Numbered from the stretch's first letter, positions 1 through 9,298 are shown. The stretch: DNA of 64,000 bases from Phenylobacterium sp. (GCF_024508875.1 NZ_JANINU010000355.1:1027-65026), one strand, 5' to 3'. Program-made: numbers and translations. Notes: generated by a model from the sequence alone, not told the origin.

Positions 1-199
1 ACAGCGCGAAGAAGCTTGGCCAGAACCAAGGGGAATCGCCGAGCCCGTCAGGAGCGATGCTCTCGAGCCAAGCTACGTAGCCAGCTTCCAGAGCCACTAG
101 CGGCCCGACGATCCAGCCGAACTGGGAGCGCTCGCTTCTACCCTTAAAGCTAAGCAACTGGATGGCTTGCAAGCTATCTGCTGCCTTGGCGCGTACCAT
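1..199 (-). CDS. DUF805-like membrane protein (runs off left edge); candidate immunity/partner of upstream toxin-like ORF
   Basis: Not in ORF track. ATG at 199 with GGAG 5 nt upstream; manual translation MVRAKAADSLQAIQLLSFKGRSERSQFGWIVGPLVALEAGYVAWLESIAPDGLGDSPWFWPSFFAL. LLSFKGRSERSQF followed by a hydrophobic stretch resembles the DUF805 N-terminus. Overlaps the end of the upstream ORF by 26 nt. Confidence 0.55.
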   Translation of the reverse strand, partial: MVRAKAADSLQAIQLLSFKGRSERSQFGWIVGPLVALEAGYVAWLESIAPDGLGDSPWFWPSFFAL

Positions 200-839
200 T
201 GCGCTCCATTCCCGCCTTCGCTGCTCCGGCTGGATGTCCGACAGCCGCCGCGCTGCCGACCTTGGCCCATGGGGGCGGCCCATGCCAGAGCTGTTCGGGG
301 AGCGTAAGCGGCGGTTTTCCATCCCAAGACTTGTTCATCCGCATATGGATCGCAGGGTCCTTCATGGGATGGATGTTCCACGGTTGGTTCTTGATGGCGT
401 CTGGAACAGATTTGCCCCATCCATTCTGCGGTATCGCCCAATGGTGGCCATGCTGGCCAGGCGCGAGATAACCCTTCTCGCCCATCCATGCGCGCACACC
501 GTTGCGGCCCTTCCATGCATGGGAGCCTGCTACTTTGAAGGCCCCTTTGCCCACTCCCTTCACAACTGCGCCGGCAAGAAAGAGATCAGAAGCCGCAAGC
601 GCGCCGTTTAACGCCGCACCCGCGATGTCCCCCTCGTAAGCGTCCGCGACCGCCTCGCGAGCTGAACCCCAGACGGGCACCACCGACTCCACGACGCCGG
701 GATGCTTGCGCCACCACTCCTCCTCCTGCTTCGCATTGTAGGCCTTCTGCTTTTCGATCATCGCGGCGTAAGCGGGACCATCAGGGTCGGGAACCGAGCG
801 CGGTTGATCGCCTCGGGCGTAAGAGCCGGGGCCAGCCAA
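174..839 (-). CDS. Orphan polymorphic-toxin-like protein with His-rich HNH-like C-terminal domain
   Basis: Trimmed from ORF 174..968 to TTG at 839 (GGAG upstream). Pre-toxin-like hydrophobic segment (VPVWGSAREAVADAYEGDIAGAALNGALAASDLFLAG) followed by GQHGHHWAIPQ..KNQPWNIHPM..IH, resembling Rhs-type toxin tips. Confidence 0.5.
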   Translation of the reverse strand: MAGPGSYARGDQPRSVPDPDGPAYAAMIEKQKAYNAKQEEEWWRKHPGVVESVVPVWGSAREAVADAYEGDIAGAALNGALAASDLFLAGAVVKGVGKGAFKVAGSHAWKGRNGVRAWMGEKGYLAPGQHGHHWAIPQNGWGKSVPDAIKNQPWNIHPMKDPAIHMRMNKSWDGKPPLTLPEQLWHGPPPWAKVGSAAAVGHPAGAAKAGMERNGTRQGSR

Positions 840-925
840 ATCTTCTCTCCATGTTTTCGCTTGTAGCGGCGCGGTCACCCTTCGAGCTACGCCAACGCAA
901 TGGCATAGCTTGCAGCGAAAATCAA

Positions 926-940
926 GAACAAAAAGGGAAC
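926..940 (-). promoter_or_regulatory. LexA (SOS) box
   Basis: Minus strand GTTC-CCTTTTT-GTTC is an exact match to the alphaproteobacterial GTTC-N7-GTTC consensus; intergenic, 87 nt upstream of the TTG at 839. Confidence 0.75.
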
Positions 941-948
941 ATATGCCT

Positions 949-1443
949 TTAGCTGGCGATGGGCTCACCCAGCTCCACCGTCACCTTCCCATCCGTCCCC
1001 TCCACCACCTTGAGTTCTGACCGCGGATCGATCTCGCCGAGATCCACGTCCTCCTTCGGCGTGACGACCCACGTCCGCCGCCCGGCGACCGCCACGACCA
1101 GCTTGCCCTTGCCCCAGTGCTCGGTCGCGAAGGCCTTGAGCGCCGCGTACATCGGGTTCCGGCGCCAGGCCTGGGGGTTGGCCACGTCGCAGCGGGCGAT
1201 GAGCCAGACGCCTTCGGGGTCCTGGTCGAGGACGACCTTGGTCTGGTCGGGCCGGAAGCGGTGGGGCATCTCGGGGTCCATCAGCCAGACGCACTCGAAG
1301 GTGCGGCAGCTATGCGGGCGGGTCGCGTAGATCCCGCAGCCGGCGCCGGGCTTCGCGTGCGCGCAGAGGCGGCCCATTGGCTTCTCCAGCTCGGCCACCG
1401 CCAGCACCCGGCAGCATTGCACGCACGGCCCGCAGGACTTCAC
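949..1443 (-). CDS. YkgJ-family cysteine-cluster (Zn/Fe-chelating) protein
   Basis: CGPCVQCC..LCAH..GCGIYATRPHSCRTFECVW pattern; GTGA overlap with upstream gene. Confidence 0.8.
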   Translation of the reverse strand: MKSCGPCVQCCRVLAVAELEKPMGRLCAHAKPGAGCGIYATRPHSCRTFECVWLMDPEMPHRFRPDQTKVVLDQDPEGVWLIARCDVANPQAWRRNPMYAALKAFATEHWGKGKLVVAVAGRRTWVVTPKEDVDLGEIDPRSELKVVEGTDGKVTVELGEPIAS

Positions 1444-2111
1444 CGCGAGACGCCCACCCAGATCACGTGGCGCGGACCCTTGCCCGACGGGCTGGCGCCC
1501 ACCTTATGTTCGGTCACGTTGAAGCCCGCGTTGGAGAAGCGCCTGGCGAAGGCCGGGTCCGGCCCCGCCGACCACACCGCCACCACGCCGCCCGGCCGCA
1601 CGGCCCGCTTCAGGTTGGCGAGGCCCCGCAGGCCGTAGAGGGCGTCGTTGGCGTCACGGTTCAGGCCGTCGGGGCCGTTGTCCACGTCCATCAGGATCGC
1701 GTCATAGGGCGGCTTCGCCTCGGTCAGCCGGTCGGCCACGTCGCCCTGGATGATCCGGCCGCGTCGGTCGGCGAGCGTGTCGCCGTAGAGCGGCGCCAGA
1801 TGGCTGCTGGCCCAGCCGATCACCTCGGGCACCAGCTCGGCCACGGTGACTTGCGCGTCCTTGGGCAGGTCGGCCAGCGCCGCGCGGAGGGTGAAGCCCA
1901 TGCCCAGGCCCCCGATCAGCACGCGCGGCGCTTTCCCTTCCGCGAGCTTGGCCCAGGCCAGTTTGAAGAGCGCGACTTCGGAGCCGCAGAGTCGGCTGTT
2001 CATCAGTTCGATGCGGCCGGACATGATGGAATAGTCCTGGCCGCGCTGCATCAGCTTGAGCTCGCCGCCGCCGGGGATCTGGGCCGTGTCGAGATGGATC
2101 CAGGGGTTCAT
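1440..2111 (-). CDS. Spermidine-synthase-like SAM-dependent methyltransferase
   Basis: VLIGGLGMGFT SAM motif, VAELVPEV, AILMDVDNGP. Confidence 0.85.
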   Translation of the reverse strand: MNPWIHLDTAQIPGGGELKLMQRGQDYSIMSGRIELMNSRLCGSEVALFKLAWAKLAEGKAPRVLIGGLGMGFTLRAALADLPKDAQVTVAELVPEVIGWASSHLAPLYGDTLADRRGRIIQGDVADRLTEAKPPYDAILMDVDNGPDGLNRDANDALYGLRGLANLKRAVRPGGVVAVWSAGPDPAFARRFSNAGFNVTEHKVGASPSGKGPRHVIWVGVSR

Positions 2112-2478
2112 CGCCCCTGCATACAGCCTTACGCGCGGGCCGGCGCGCGTTCACACGGTTCGTCGGACTTCGAATTCGCGGGCGCGCTCAAGGGCATTGG
2201 CCGCAGGGGCACGCGGCCCGCCAGGAAGCATCGCTCGTTCAGGACGCGGGCCAGAAAGCAGCGGCGGTCGAGGGCGGCGAGGGAGGCCATGGTGGGGTCT
2301 TCGAGGGCGGCGTTGGGGAACGGCGGCCCGTATGACCGACCCGCGCGCGCCGCCCTAGTTAAGCTTGCGTAAGAATGCCGCTCGTCTTCGGGCTTCTCTG
2401 CCGCCGCGTCAGCGGCGCTAAGCCTCGGTTGATTGCATGCCCGCGAGCCGTAAGCTGGCGGAAACTGGAGGAAATCCC

Positions 2479-3687
2479 ATGGCCGACTTCGGCGGCGACA
2501 CCGATCTCGAAGCCTTCCGCAGCGAAGCGCGCGGCTGGCTTGAGGCCAACTTCCCGGCCTCGCTGAAGGGCAAGGCCAGCCTGGGCACGGCCGAGGTGCG
2601 GGTGAAGGATCCCGATCTCGAAACGTGGCGCAAGGCCATGGGCGAGAAGGGGTGGGGCACGCCCACCTGGCCGAAGGAGTACGGCGGCGGCGGGCTGTCG
2701 CCGCAGCAGGCTCGTGTCCTCCTGCAGGAGATGACGAAGCTGGGCGCCTTCAACCCGCTGATGTTCGGGATGGGCGTCACGATGGTCGGCCCGACGATCA
2801 TGGACTACGGCACCGAGGAGCAGAAGAAGAAGCACCTGCCCCCGATCATCCGCGGCGAGGTCCAGTGGTGCATCGGCTACTCCGAACCCAACGCCGGCTC
2901 CGACCTGGCCAGCCTGCAGACCAAGGCCGTCGACAACGGCGACGGCTGGACCGTGAACGGCAGCAAGATCTGGACGAGCGGCGCCCAGTATTCCGATTGG
3001 TGCGGAGCCCTGGTGCGGACGGACCCTTCGGCCAAGAAGCACGAGGGCATCAGCTTCATGCTGATCGACATGCATCAGCCGGGAATCGAGGTGCGGCCGA
3101 TCCCGCTGATCGCTGGAGCCTCGCCCTTCTGCGAGACCTTCTTCACCGACGCCAAGGTGGCGCGGGACGGCCTGCTGGGGCAGCTCAACGTGGGCTGGAC
3201 CGTCGGCAAGCGCCTGCTGCAGCACGAGCGCGCCAGCCAGACCGGGGCCTCGACGGGCGCGAAGCCGCCGCCGCCGCTGTCGGTCATCGCCAAGAAATAC
3301 CTGGAGCTGGACGGCCAGGGCCGGATCGCCGACACCGACCTGCGCTCGCGCCTGACCCGGCACGAGATGGACGCCAAGGTGCACGGGCTGACGCTGGCCC
3401 GGGCGATGGCCGAGGCCAAGGGCAACAACAGCCCCGGAAACGCCGCCTCGGTTCTGAAGAACTCGGCGACCCACGTCGCCCAGACCCGCGCCGAGCTGAC
3501 GCTGGAGATCATGGGCGCCCAGGGGCTGGGCTGGGAAGGCGACGCCTTCAAGCCCGAGGAGATCGAGACGGTGCGTGGCTGGCTGTTCGGCAAGGCGATG
3601 TCGATCTACGGCGGCTCGTCCGAGATCCAGAACAACATCATCTCCAAGCGCATCCTGGGCCTGCCTGACACGACCCAGTCCACCTGA
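2479..3687 (+). CDS. Acyl-CoA dehydrogenase family protein
   Basis: GYSEPNAGSDLASL, NGSKIWTSGA, IYGGSSEIQ motifs; GGAGG SD before ATG 2479. Confidence 0.95.
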   Translation: MADFGGDTDLEAFRSEARGWLEANFPASLKGKASLGTAEVRVKDPDLETWRKAMGEKGWGTPTWPKEYGGGGLSPQQARVLLQEMTKLGAFNPLMFGMGVTMVGPTIMDYGTEEQKKKHLPPIIRGEVQWCIGYSEPNAGSDLASLQTKAVDNGDGWTVNGSKIWTSGAQYSDWCGALVRTDPSAKKHEGISFMLIDMHQPGIEVRPIPLIAGASPFCETFFTDAKVARDGLLGQLNVGWTVGKRLLQHERASQTGASTGAKPPPPLSVIAKKYLELDGQGRIADTDLRSRLTRHEMDAKVHGLTLARAMAEAKGNNSPGNAASVLKNSATHVAQTRAELTLEIMGAQGLGWEGDAFKPEEIETVRGWLFGKAMSIYGGSSEIQNNIISKRILGLPDTTQST

Positions 3688-3693
3688 CTTGAG

Positions 3694-3722
3694 CGCCCTT
3701 CTCCCGCACAGGGAGAAGGGCG
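3694..3722. terminator. 12-bp-stem hairpin between convergent genes (CCCTTCTCCC-N5-GGGAGAAGGG type)
   Basis: CGCCCTTCTCCC GCACA GGGAGAAGGGCG lies exactly between the stops at 3687 and 3723; same motif class as the arms of the element inside asnB. Confidence 0.7.
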
Positions 3723-4673
3723 TCAGGCTGCCGGAGCCTTCAGTCCCGCCAGGAATGCCCGCAGGTCCGCCGCCGACCTGTCCGGGAGCTGCTCCATCGG
3801 CACGTGGCCGCCCTCGGGATAGACCACTAGCTTCGCGCCGGGGATCGCACCGGCCAACTTGCGGGAGTTGTCGGCGGGGATCACCTGGTCCTTCTCGCCG
3901 ACCATCACCAGCGTAGGGACGGTGATCGCCCGGAAGGTATCGGGCGTGACCCTGTGTTGGGGCGCTCCGCCGCGGCCGCCGGTCAGGATCGCGCGATGGC
4001 CCGGCGCGCGGGCGAGCTCGGTGTAGCGCGTGACGAGATCAGGCGTGACGAGGCGCTTGTCCTCATAGGCCTTTTCCAGTCCGCCCTTGGCCATCAGGCC
4101 CGGGTCGGCGTTACGCAGCATCCAGCGGCCGACAGGATTGCCCAGCAACTTGAAGACGGCCGGCTGCCCCTTCGGGCGCTCGCCGGACGGCCAGCCGCCG
4201 GCGTCGACCAGGACGAGGCCGTCCAGCTTGTCTTGGTGGGCCAGGGCGTAGTTCCACGACACCCCGCCGCCCATCGAATTGCCGCCCAGGACGAACTTCT
4301 GGACGCCCAGCTTCGTCACCACGTCGTCGACGACCTGCACGCTTCGGTCGGTCGAAGGGACGTAGTCGTCGGGCGCACGCGTCAGGCCGTGGCCCGGCAG
4401 GTCCAGGGTGATGACGCGGTAGTCCGGCAGCCGCTGCACCCACGGCTCCCAGGCATGCAGCGAGGCGGAGAAACCGTGCACCAGCACGACGACCGGCGCG
4501 TCGCGCGGGCCCTGATCGCGGTAGTGGACGCGCAGGCCGCCCGGAAGGTCCATGAAGTGCGATGCCGGACTGGCGTATTTCGCCTCCAGCTTCGGATAGG
4601 GAATGTCGCGGGCGCACGCGCCCAGGGACGCGGCGGCGAGGCAGAGGGCGAGGATCCGCGGCAGGGCCTTCAT
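3723..4673 (-). CDS. Alpha/beta hydrolase lipoprotein
   Basis: Lipobox (SLGAC), HGFSAS, GNSMGG nucleophile elbow, GHVPMEQ catalytic His. Confidence 0.9.
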   Translation of the reverse strand: MKALPRILALCLAAASLGACARDIPYPKLEAKYASPASHFMDLPGGLRVHYRDQGPRDAPVVVLVHGFSASLHAWEPWVQRLPDYRVITLDLPGHGLTRAPDDYVPSTDRSVQVVDDVVTKLGVQKFVLGGNSMGGGVSWNYALAHQDKLDGLVLVDAGGWPSGERPKGQPAVFKLLGNPVGRWMLRNADPGLMAKGGLEKAYEDKRLVTPDLVTRYTELARAPGHRAILTGGRGGAPQHRVTPDTFRAITVPTLVMVGEKDQVIPADNSRKLAGAIPGAKLVVYPEGGHVPMEQLPDRSAADLRAFLAGLKAPAA

Positions 4674-4675
4674 CG

Positions 4676-5092
4676 TCAGGTCTCGCTCAGGGCCTTGCAG
4701 GCGAAGGCCATGCGAACGGCGCCGACCGACGCCGGCTGAGGCGCGGTCCAGGGCGTGGCCTGGAAGCGCGGCGAGCGCCAGGACTTGCCCTTCAGGCCGG
4801 GCTCCTCGTGGAAGATCTCGTCGACCACGCGGGAGACGCCGCGGCGGCAGTCGAACTCGCCCAGACTCTCGACCGACCGAAAGGCGAAGCCGTCGCGCTC
4901 CAGACGCTTCTCGGCGTCGTAGGCGGTCCAGGCCTGGCGCACGCCGTCCTCGCCGTTTGCGTGGTGGCGCATGAACACCCAGGTGTCGTCGCTGGCCGTG
5001 ATGAGCGTCCAGCCGGCGCGTTCAAGACCGAAGGGCGCGGCCACGGCGGGCGCCGCAGCGAGCAGGGCGATGGCGAGGGGGACAATCCGCAT
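4676..5092 (-). CDS. Secreted surface-adhesin-E-like protein
   Basis: Signal peptide MRIVPLAIALLAAAPAVAA; RQAWTAY..EFDC..WT..QP.S..A..MAFAC pattern. Confidence 0.6.
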   Translation of the reverse strand: MRIVPLAIALLAAAPAVAAPFGLERAGWTLITASDDTWVFMRHHANGEDGVRQAWTAYDAEKRLERDGFAFRSVESLGEFDCRRGVSRVVDEIFHEEPGLKGKSWRSPRFQATPWTAPQPASVGAVRMAFACKALSET

Positions 5093-5240
5093 GTCGGAAC
5101 AACGCCTCGAATGGCGCCGTCTGTCCAGGCGCCGCAAGGTCAACTACCGCTCGTCGCAGAACTGAACGCGTTCAACGACCCTGAAATATCGGCGCGCATT
5201 TCGCGTGTTAGCGCGCGTTCACTCCCCCGAGTTGAGTTGA

Positions 5241-6272
5241 GTGAACGTGATCAATCCCGAGGATCTCCAGATCCGCCAGCTCGTCGAGGCCATGGAGCCC
5301 GGCGATTTCCGGACGCTGGTCCTGACGGCGCTTCAACACGAGGTGCGCGGCGAGCGCCGCGCGGCGGCCGCGACCTACCGTACGGCCCTGCAGCGCTTGC
5401 CCCGCTTCATGTCGCCGTCCCTGCGGCCGGTGCTGGAGCACGCCAAGGCGGTGAGCGATGCGAACGACGCCGAGCTCGAAGGCTTCCTCGCGGATCGGCT
5501 CGCGGGGCTGCGTGCGCGCCACCACAACGCCCGGCTGGATCGCGTCGACAGAAGCCTCGACATCCTCCTGCGCAAGCGCCGCGTCTATCGCCCGCAGCCC
5601 AGTTTCATGTACGTGCCGGAATTGCCGGCTATCGAGTTCTACGACCGCGACCTCTTCCCGTGGCTCGACGCGCTCGAGGCCGCGACAGCCGATATCCGAA
5701 GCGAGCTGCTGGCGGTGCTCGCCGACGGTCCGGAGGCGATTGAGCCGTACGTCGCAGTCGATGGGCTACCGCAGCCGCGCTGGGCCCAGCTCGCCAACTC
5801 GCGGCGCTGGGGTGTGTTCTACCTTTGGAAGGCCGGGGAGCCGGTCGCGGAAAACCTGGCGCGCTGCCCGAAGACGGCGAAGGCGCTGGAGGCGTGGCCC
5901 CAGTGCCGCCTGGAAGGGACCGGCCCTTCGGCCGTGTTCTCCATCCTGGAGCCGCACACCCGCATTCCCCCGCACGTTGGGGTCAACAATGCCCGCCTCA
6001 TCGCGCACATCCCTCTGATCGTGCCGGCCGGATGTGGCTTCCGGGTCGGGGCCGAAACCCGCGAGTGGGAGCCGGGGAGGGCATTCGTCTTCGACGACAC
6101 TATCGAGCACGAGGCGTGGAACGACAGCGACCAACCCCGCGCCGTCCTGATCGTCGATTGCTGGAACCCCTACCTCAGCGAAGCCGAGCGTGAGGCGGTG
6201 ACCGCCATGACGGAGGGCGTCAGCGCCTACTACGGCGAGCTTCCGGCCTACGCCCGCGGCGCCGAAGGCTGA
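5241..6272 (+). CDS. Aspartyl/asparaginyl beta-hydroxylase family (2OG-Fe dioxygenase) with TPR-like N-terminus
   Basis: FSILEPHTRIPPHVG, HIPLIVP, FDDTIEHEAWN, VLIVDCWNP motifs. Confidence 0.9.
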   Translation: MNVINPEDLQIRQLVEAMEPGDFRTLVLTALQHEVRGERRAAAATYRTALQRLPRFMSPSLRPVLEHAKAVSDANDAELEGFLADRLAGLRARHHNARLDRVDRSLDILLRKRRVYRPQPSFMYVPELPAIEFYDRDLFPWLDALEAATADIRSELLAVLADGPEAIEPYVAVDGLPQPRWAQLANSRRWGVFYLWKAGEPVAENLARCPKTAKALEAWPQCRLEGTGPSAVFSILEPHTRIPPHVGVNNARLIAHIPLIVPAGCGFRVGAETREWEPGRAFVFDDTIEHEAWNDSDQPRAVLIVDCWNPYLSEAEREAVTAMTEGVSAYYGELPAYARGAEG

Positions 6273-6373
6273 GATATCCTGAACCGAACCTAAACGGCGG
6301 CCTCAGCAATTCCTCAACGCTATGCGGCGATGATCATCCCGAACCGCGCAGGACGCGCAGCAAAAGACGCAAG

Positions 6374-6598
6374 GTGATGACAATGGCGGTCTCTCACGCC
6401 ATCGACTGGGTTCTCCTCGACCACGCCGCCGAACAACCTGTCCACGTGGGCGACGTGGTGTCGGCCGAGCCGGGTGGAATGCCCATCTACAAGGTGATGG
6501 CCGTGGCGGGCCGGGAGGTGCAGTTGGCCAACGAGCGCAACGCGCCGGTCGGCGCGCTGCCTCTGGACCGCTTCCGCTGGCGCGGATCGGAGCACTGA
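6374..6598 (+). CDS. Small hypothetical protein
   Basis: 74-aa ORF with AAGGTG SD-like context and non-shadow amino-acid composition; fills the gap between neighbours. Confidence 0.65.
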   Translation: MMTMAVSHAIDWVLLDHAAEQPVHVGDVVSAEPGGMPIYKVMAVAGREVQLANERNAPVGALPLDRFRWRGSEH

Positions 6599-6601
6599 CG
6601 C

Positions 6602-7774
6602 CTACATCGCGTTCGCCGCGGCGCGGGCCGCGTTCAGGAATGCGGCGCGGGCCAGGCTGAGCTCGCGTCCGGTCGCCTGGGGCCAGGCGGCGTTGGTCAC
6701 GATGACGATGCGCTCGTCGCGGAAGACGGTGATCGACTGTCCGAAGATGCCGCGCGCTTCGAACGCGCCGTTGTCGGGCATCCACCAGAAGTAGCCGTAG
6801 CCGCGCTCGCGCGTGCCGTTGGTGATCTGCGGGGACGTCGCCTCGTCGACCCAGCCGGCGGGGAGGATCTGCCGGTCGCCGGCCTTGCCGCCCTCCAGCA
6901 TGAACTGCCCGATCCGCGCATAGTCCCGAAGCGTGATCGACATGCAGCAGCCGCCGCGTTCATGGCCGGCCGGATCCACCACCCAGATGGCGTCGCGCTC
7001 CATGCCGTACGGCTTCCAGATCTTCTCGGAAGCGTACTGAGACAGGCTCTTGCCCACCGCGTTGGAGACCAGGATGCCCACCAGGTCGGTCTCACCGGTG
7101 TTGTAGTTGAAGAACGTCCCGGGCTCATGGGCGCGCGGCAGGCGGCTCATGTAGGCGACCAGCGGGTTCTTGCCCGGCTCGAACGGCAGGGTCGCCGACT
7201 GGGCCACGTCCGACTTAGGGTCGGTGTAATCCTCGTTCCACTTCACGCCGGAGCTCATCATCAGGAGCTGGCGCACCGTGACGCCGTCGTAGCCGGAGCC
7301 CTTGAGTTCCGGAATGTAGTCGGTCACCGGCGCGTTCAGGCTCTTGATCTTGCCGTCCTGGATCGCGGCGCCGACGAGGGTCGAGGTCACGGACTTGGCC
7401 ACGGAGAACGAGGTCCAGCGATCCTCGGGCTTGCGGTCCAGGCCGTACCGCTCCAGCACCACCTTGCCGTCCTTGAGCACGATCACGCCGGAGCTCTTAT
7501 AGGCCTTCATGTAGTCGTCGACCGACCAAGTCTTGCCGCCGTATTCGAAGGTGAAGTCGATCTGCTTGTCGGCCTTCGGCAGCGGATGGACTTTGTCGCC
7601 GCGCTTCACCGTCTCGACCCGATAGACGCTCTCGATGTCCCGGTACCAATCGGACTGCTGCTGCGGCGCCCAGACCAGGATCGAAGGAATTCCCGGCCGT
7701 GTGGGGACCTGGGCCTGCGCCACGCCCCCCGCCAGCGCCGCCGCCGCCAAAGCCACTCCGAGAATTCCACGCAT
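6602..7774 (-). CDS. Serine hydrolase, beta-lactamase/class C-like family (secreted)
   Basis: SFSVAKS (SxxK), FNYNTGET (YxN-like), RGIFGQ; signal peptide; GGGGAGG SD before ATG 7774. Confidence 0.9.
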   Translation of the reverse strand: MRGILGVALAAAALAGGVAQAQVPTRPGIPSILVWAPQQQSDWYRDIESVYRVETVKRGDKVHPLPKADKQIDFTFEYGGKTWSVDDYMKAYKSSGVIVLKDGKVVLERYGLDRKPEDRWTSFSVAKSVTSTLVGAAIQDGKIKSLNAPVTDYIPELKGSGYDGVTVRQLLMMSSGVKWNEDYTDPKSDVAQSATLPFEPGKNPLVAYMSRLPRAHEPGTFFNYNTGETDLVGILVSNAVGKSLSQYASEKIWKPYGMERDAIWVVDPAGHERGGCCMSITLRDYARIGQFMLEGGKAGDRQILPAGWVDEATSPQITNGTRERGYGYFWWMPDNGAFEARGIFGQSITVFRDERIVIVTNAAWPQATGRELSLARAAFLNAARAAANAM

Positions 7775-7851
7775 GCCGAACGCCTCCCCGATTTTGGCGG
7801 GGAGGCTAAGGGCGTTGGCGTGAGTGAACAACGCCAACCTGAGCGCCGAGG

Positions 7852-9162
7852 TTACGCCGCGATGGCCGGGGTCTTCGGTGTGGTGAGCGGCTGGGCCCCG
7901 TCCCGTTCGGCAAGCAATGCTGCGTGCAGGCTGTCGTCGCCGGAGAGCCGTGCGGCGGAGAGGAGCGTGAGGTCCAGCACATCGCGCTGGGCGTGGCTGC
8001 CGCCGAACCGATGGTGCTTGCCGCGCAGGCCCCTCAGCAGGTCCGTGGCCTGGCCGTAGCGGCCCTGGCCGAAGGCGTGCAGCGCCTGGATCGCCGGCTG
8101 GCCCACTTCGCGCACGAAGTAGGCGTTATCGCCCGGCCCGTTGAGGGCGGCGGACTGGGTTTCGAGCAGCGCCCGCGCCTGCGCCTCGCGGCCGGCGCCC
8201 ACATAGGCCATCATCGCGTGGGTATCGACGAAGGCGCTGAGGCCGGCAGGCTCGCGGGCGAAGTTGTCGGCCAGCCCGGCCCACCGATCGCCCACGTCCA
8301 CGCCGGCGAGCTTCAGCCGCCAGAGCATCGCCGCGGCGTCGACCATGTCGAAGCTGAAGGTCGTGGCGGCGCCGTAGATGGGGCCGTCGTAGAGCCGGAG
8401 CACCTCTTCGGTCTCGCCCAGGCCGATATGGAAGAGCGCCGTGTGCCACCAGTTGTGGACGCCCAGCATGGCCTCCGCCTGCCAGGCCTCGTTCTCGTGG
8501 CGCATCCAGCGCACGCCGTCGGCGTGGCGGCCCTGCATGAGCAGGGCATGGGCGACACCGTGCTGCGCCCAGTTGTTCCGGGGCTGGAGCGCGATGGCTT
8601 CGCGGCCGCAGGCCTCGGCGCGGGCGTAGTCGCCGGCCTCCTCGTAGCCGAACGAAAGCAGACCCTGGATCGCGTGCCAGCCGGGCGTGTCGGCCGTCCA
8701 TGCCGGCAGCACGCGGACGATCCGGTCGCGCAGCATCCGCGCATCGCCCAGCAGGAAGTCCAGCGTCTGGCCGACCTGCAGCGCCAGGACGTCCCGCGGC
8801 CACGCCAGGTTCACGTCCTCCAGCAGCCGCGCCGCGGTGCGAACCTCGCCAGCCAGCAGGCTGCCGATAGCCGCCAGGTGCCCCTGCTCGCGGGCGTTCG
8901 CGCCGGGCAGGTCCTTGGCGACCGCGAAAGCCTGAGCGCCCATCGCCGCGGTCTCGGCGTTGGACCCGATGAGGGTCATCCAGGCCTGCAGGACATAGCC
9001 CATGACGCAGCCGGGGCTTTCACTCAGCGCCGCCGCCAGCGGGGTCATCGCATCGCCCGCGTAGCAATGGTAGGCGTCCAGCGCCTTCTGATATAGTCCG
9101 GCCGCCGCCGCGCTCGCGCCGGTCAGTTCCAGGCCGTGGTGATCCTTCACCTTCATCTGCAT
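7852..9162 (-). CDS. TTC38-like tetratricopeptide-repeat protein
   Basis: WAQHGVAHALLMQG, HNWWHTALFH, GGSHAQRDVL motifs; AAGGAG SD before ATG 9162. Confidence 0.85.
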   Translation of the reverse strand: MQMKVKDHHGLELTGASAAAAGLYQKALDAYHCYAGDAMTPLAAALSESPGCVMGYVLQAWMTLIGSNAETAAMGAQAFAVAKDLPGANAREQGHLAAIGSLLAGEVRTAARLLEDVNLAWPRDVLALQVGQTLDFLLGDARMLRDRIVRVLPAWTADTPGWHAIQGLLSFGYEEAGDYARAEACGREAIALQPRNNWAQHGVAHALLMQGRHADGVRWMRHENEAWQAEAMLGVHNWWHTALFHIGLGETEEVLRLYDGPIYGAATTFSFDMVDAAAMLWRLKLAGVDVGDRWAGLADNFAREPAGLSAFVDTHAMMAYVGAGREAQARALLETQSAALNGPGDNAYFVREVGQPAIQALHAFGQGRYGQATDLLRGLRGKHHRFGGSHAQRDVLDLTLLSAARLSGDDSLHAALLAERDGAQPLTTPKTPAIAA

Positions 9163-9298
9163 CTCCTTTTCTCGGACGGAGAGGGGTACGGCCTCGGAGA
9201 TTTCGGCTCTAGCGGTTGCGCGGTCGGTTCTTCGAACGTGCCGGTTTCCATCGTGTTTTGAAAGCCTTGTCGCGGCTCCGTCAGAAGGGTGAAGGACA

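Noticed and set aside
2358-2373. CtrA-like GTTAA-N7-TAAG upstream of the acyl-CoA dehydrogenase
   Set aside because: Two mismatches in the second half-site; isolated half-sites (also near 11870, 40222, 48168) are weak evidence.
6281-6295. Second SOS-like box GAAC-N7-AAAC
   Set aside because: Mismatch in the core tetramer; expected by chance.
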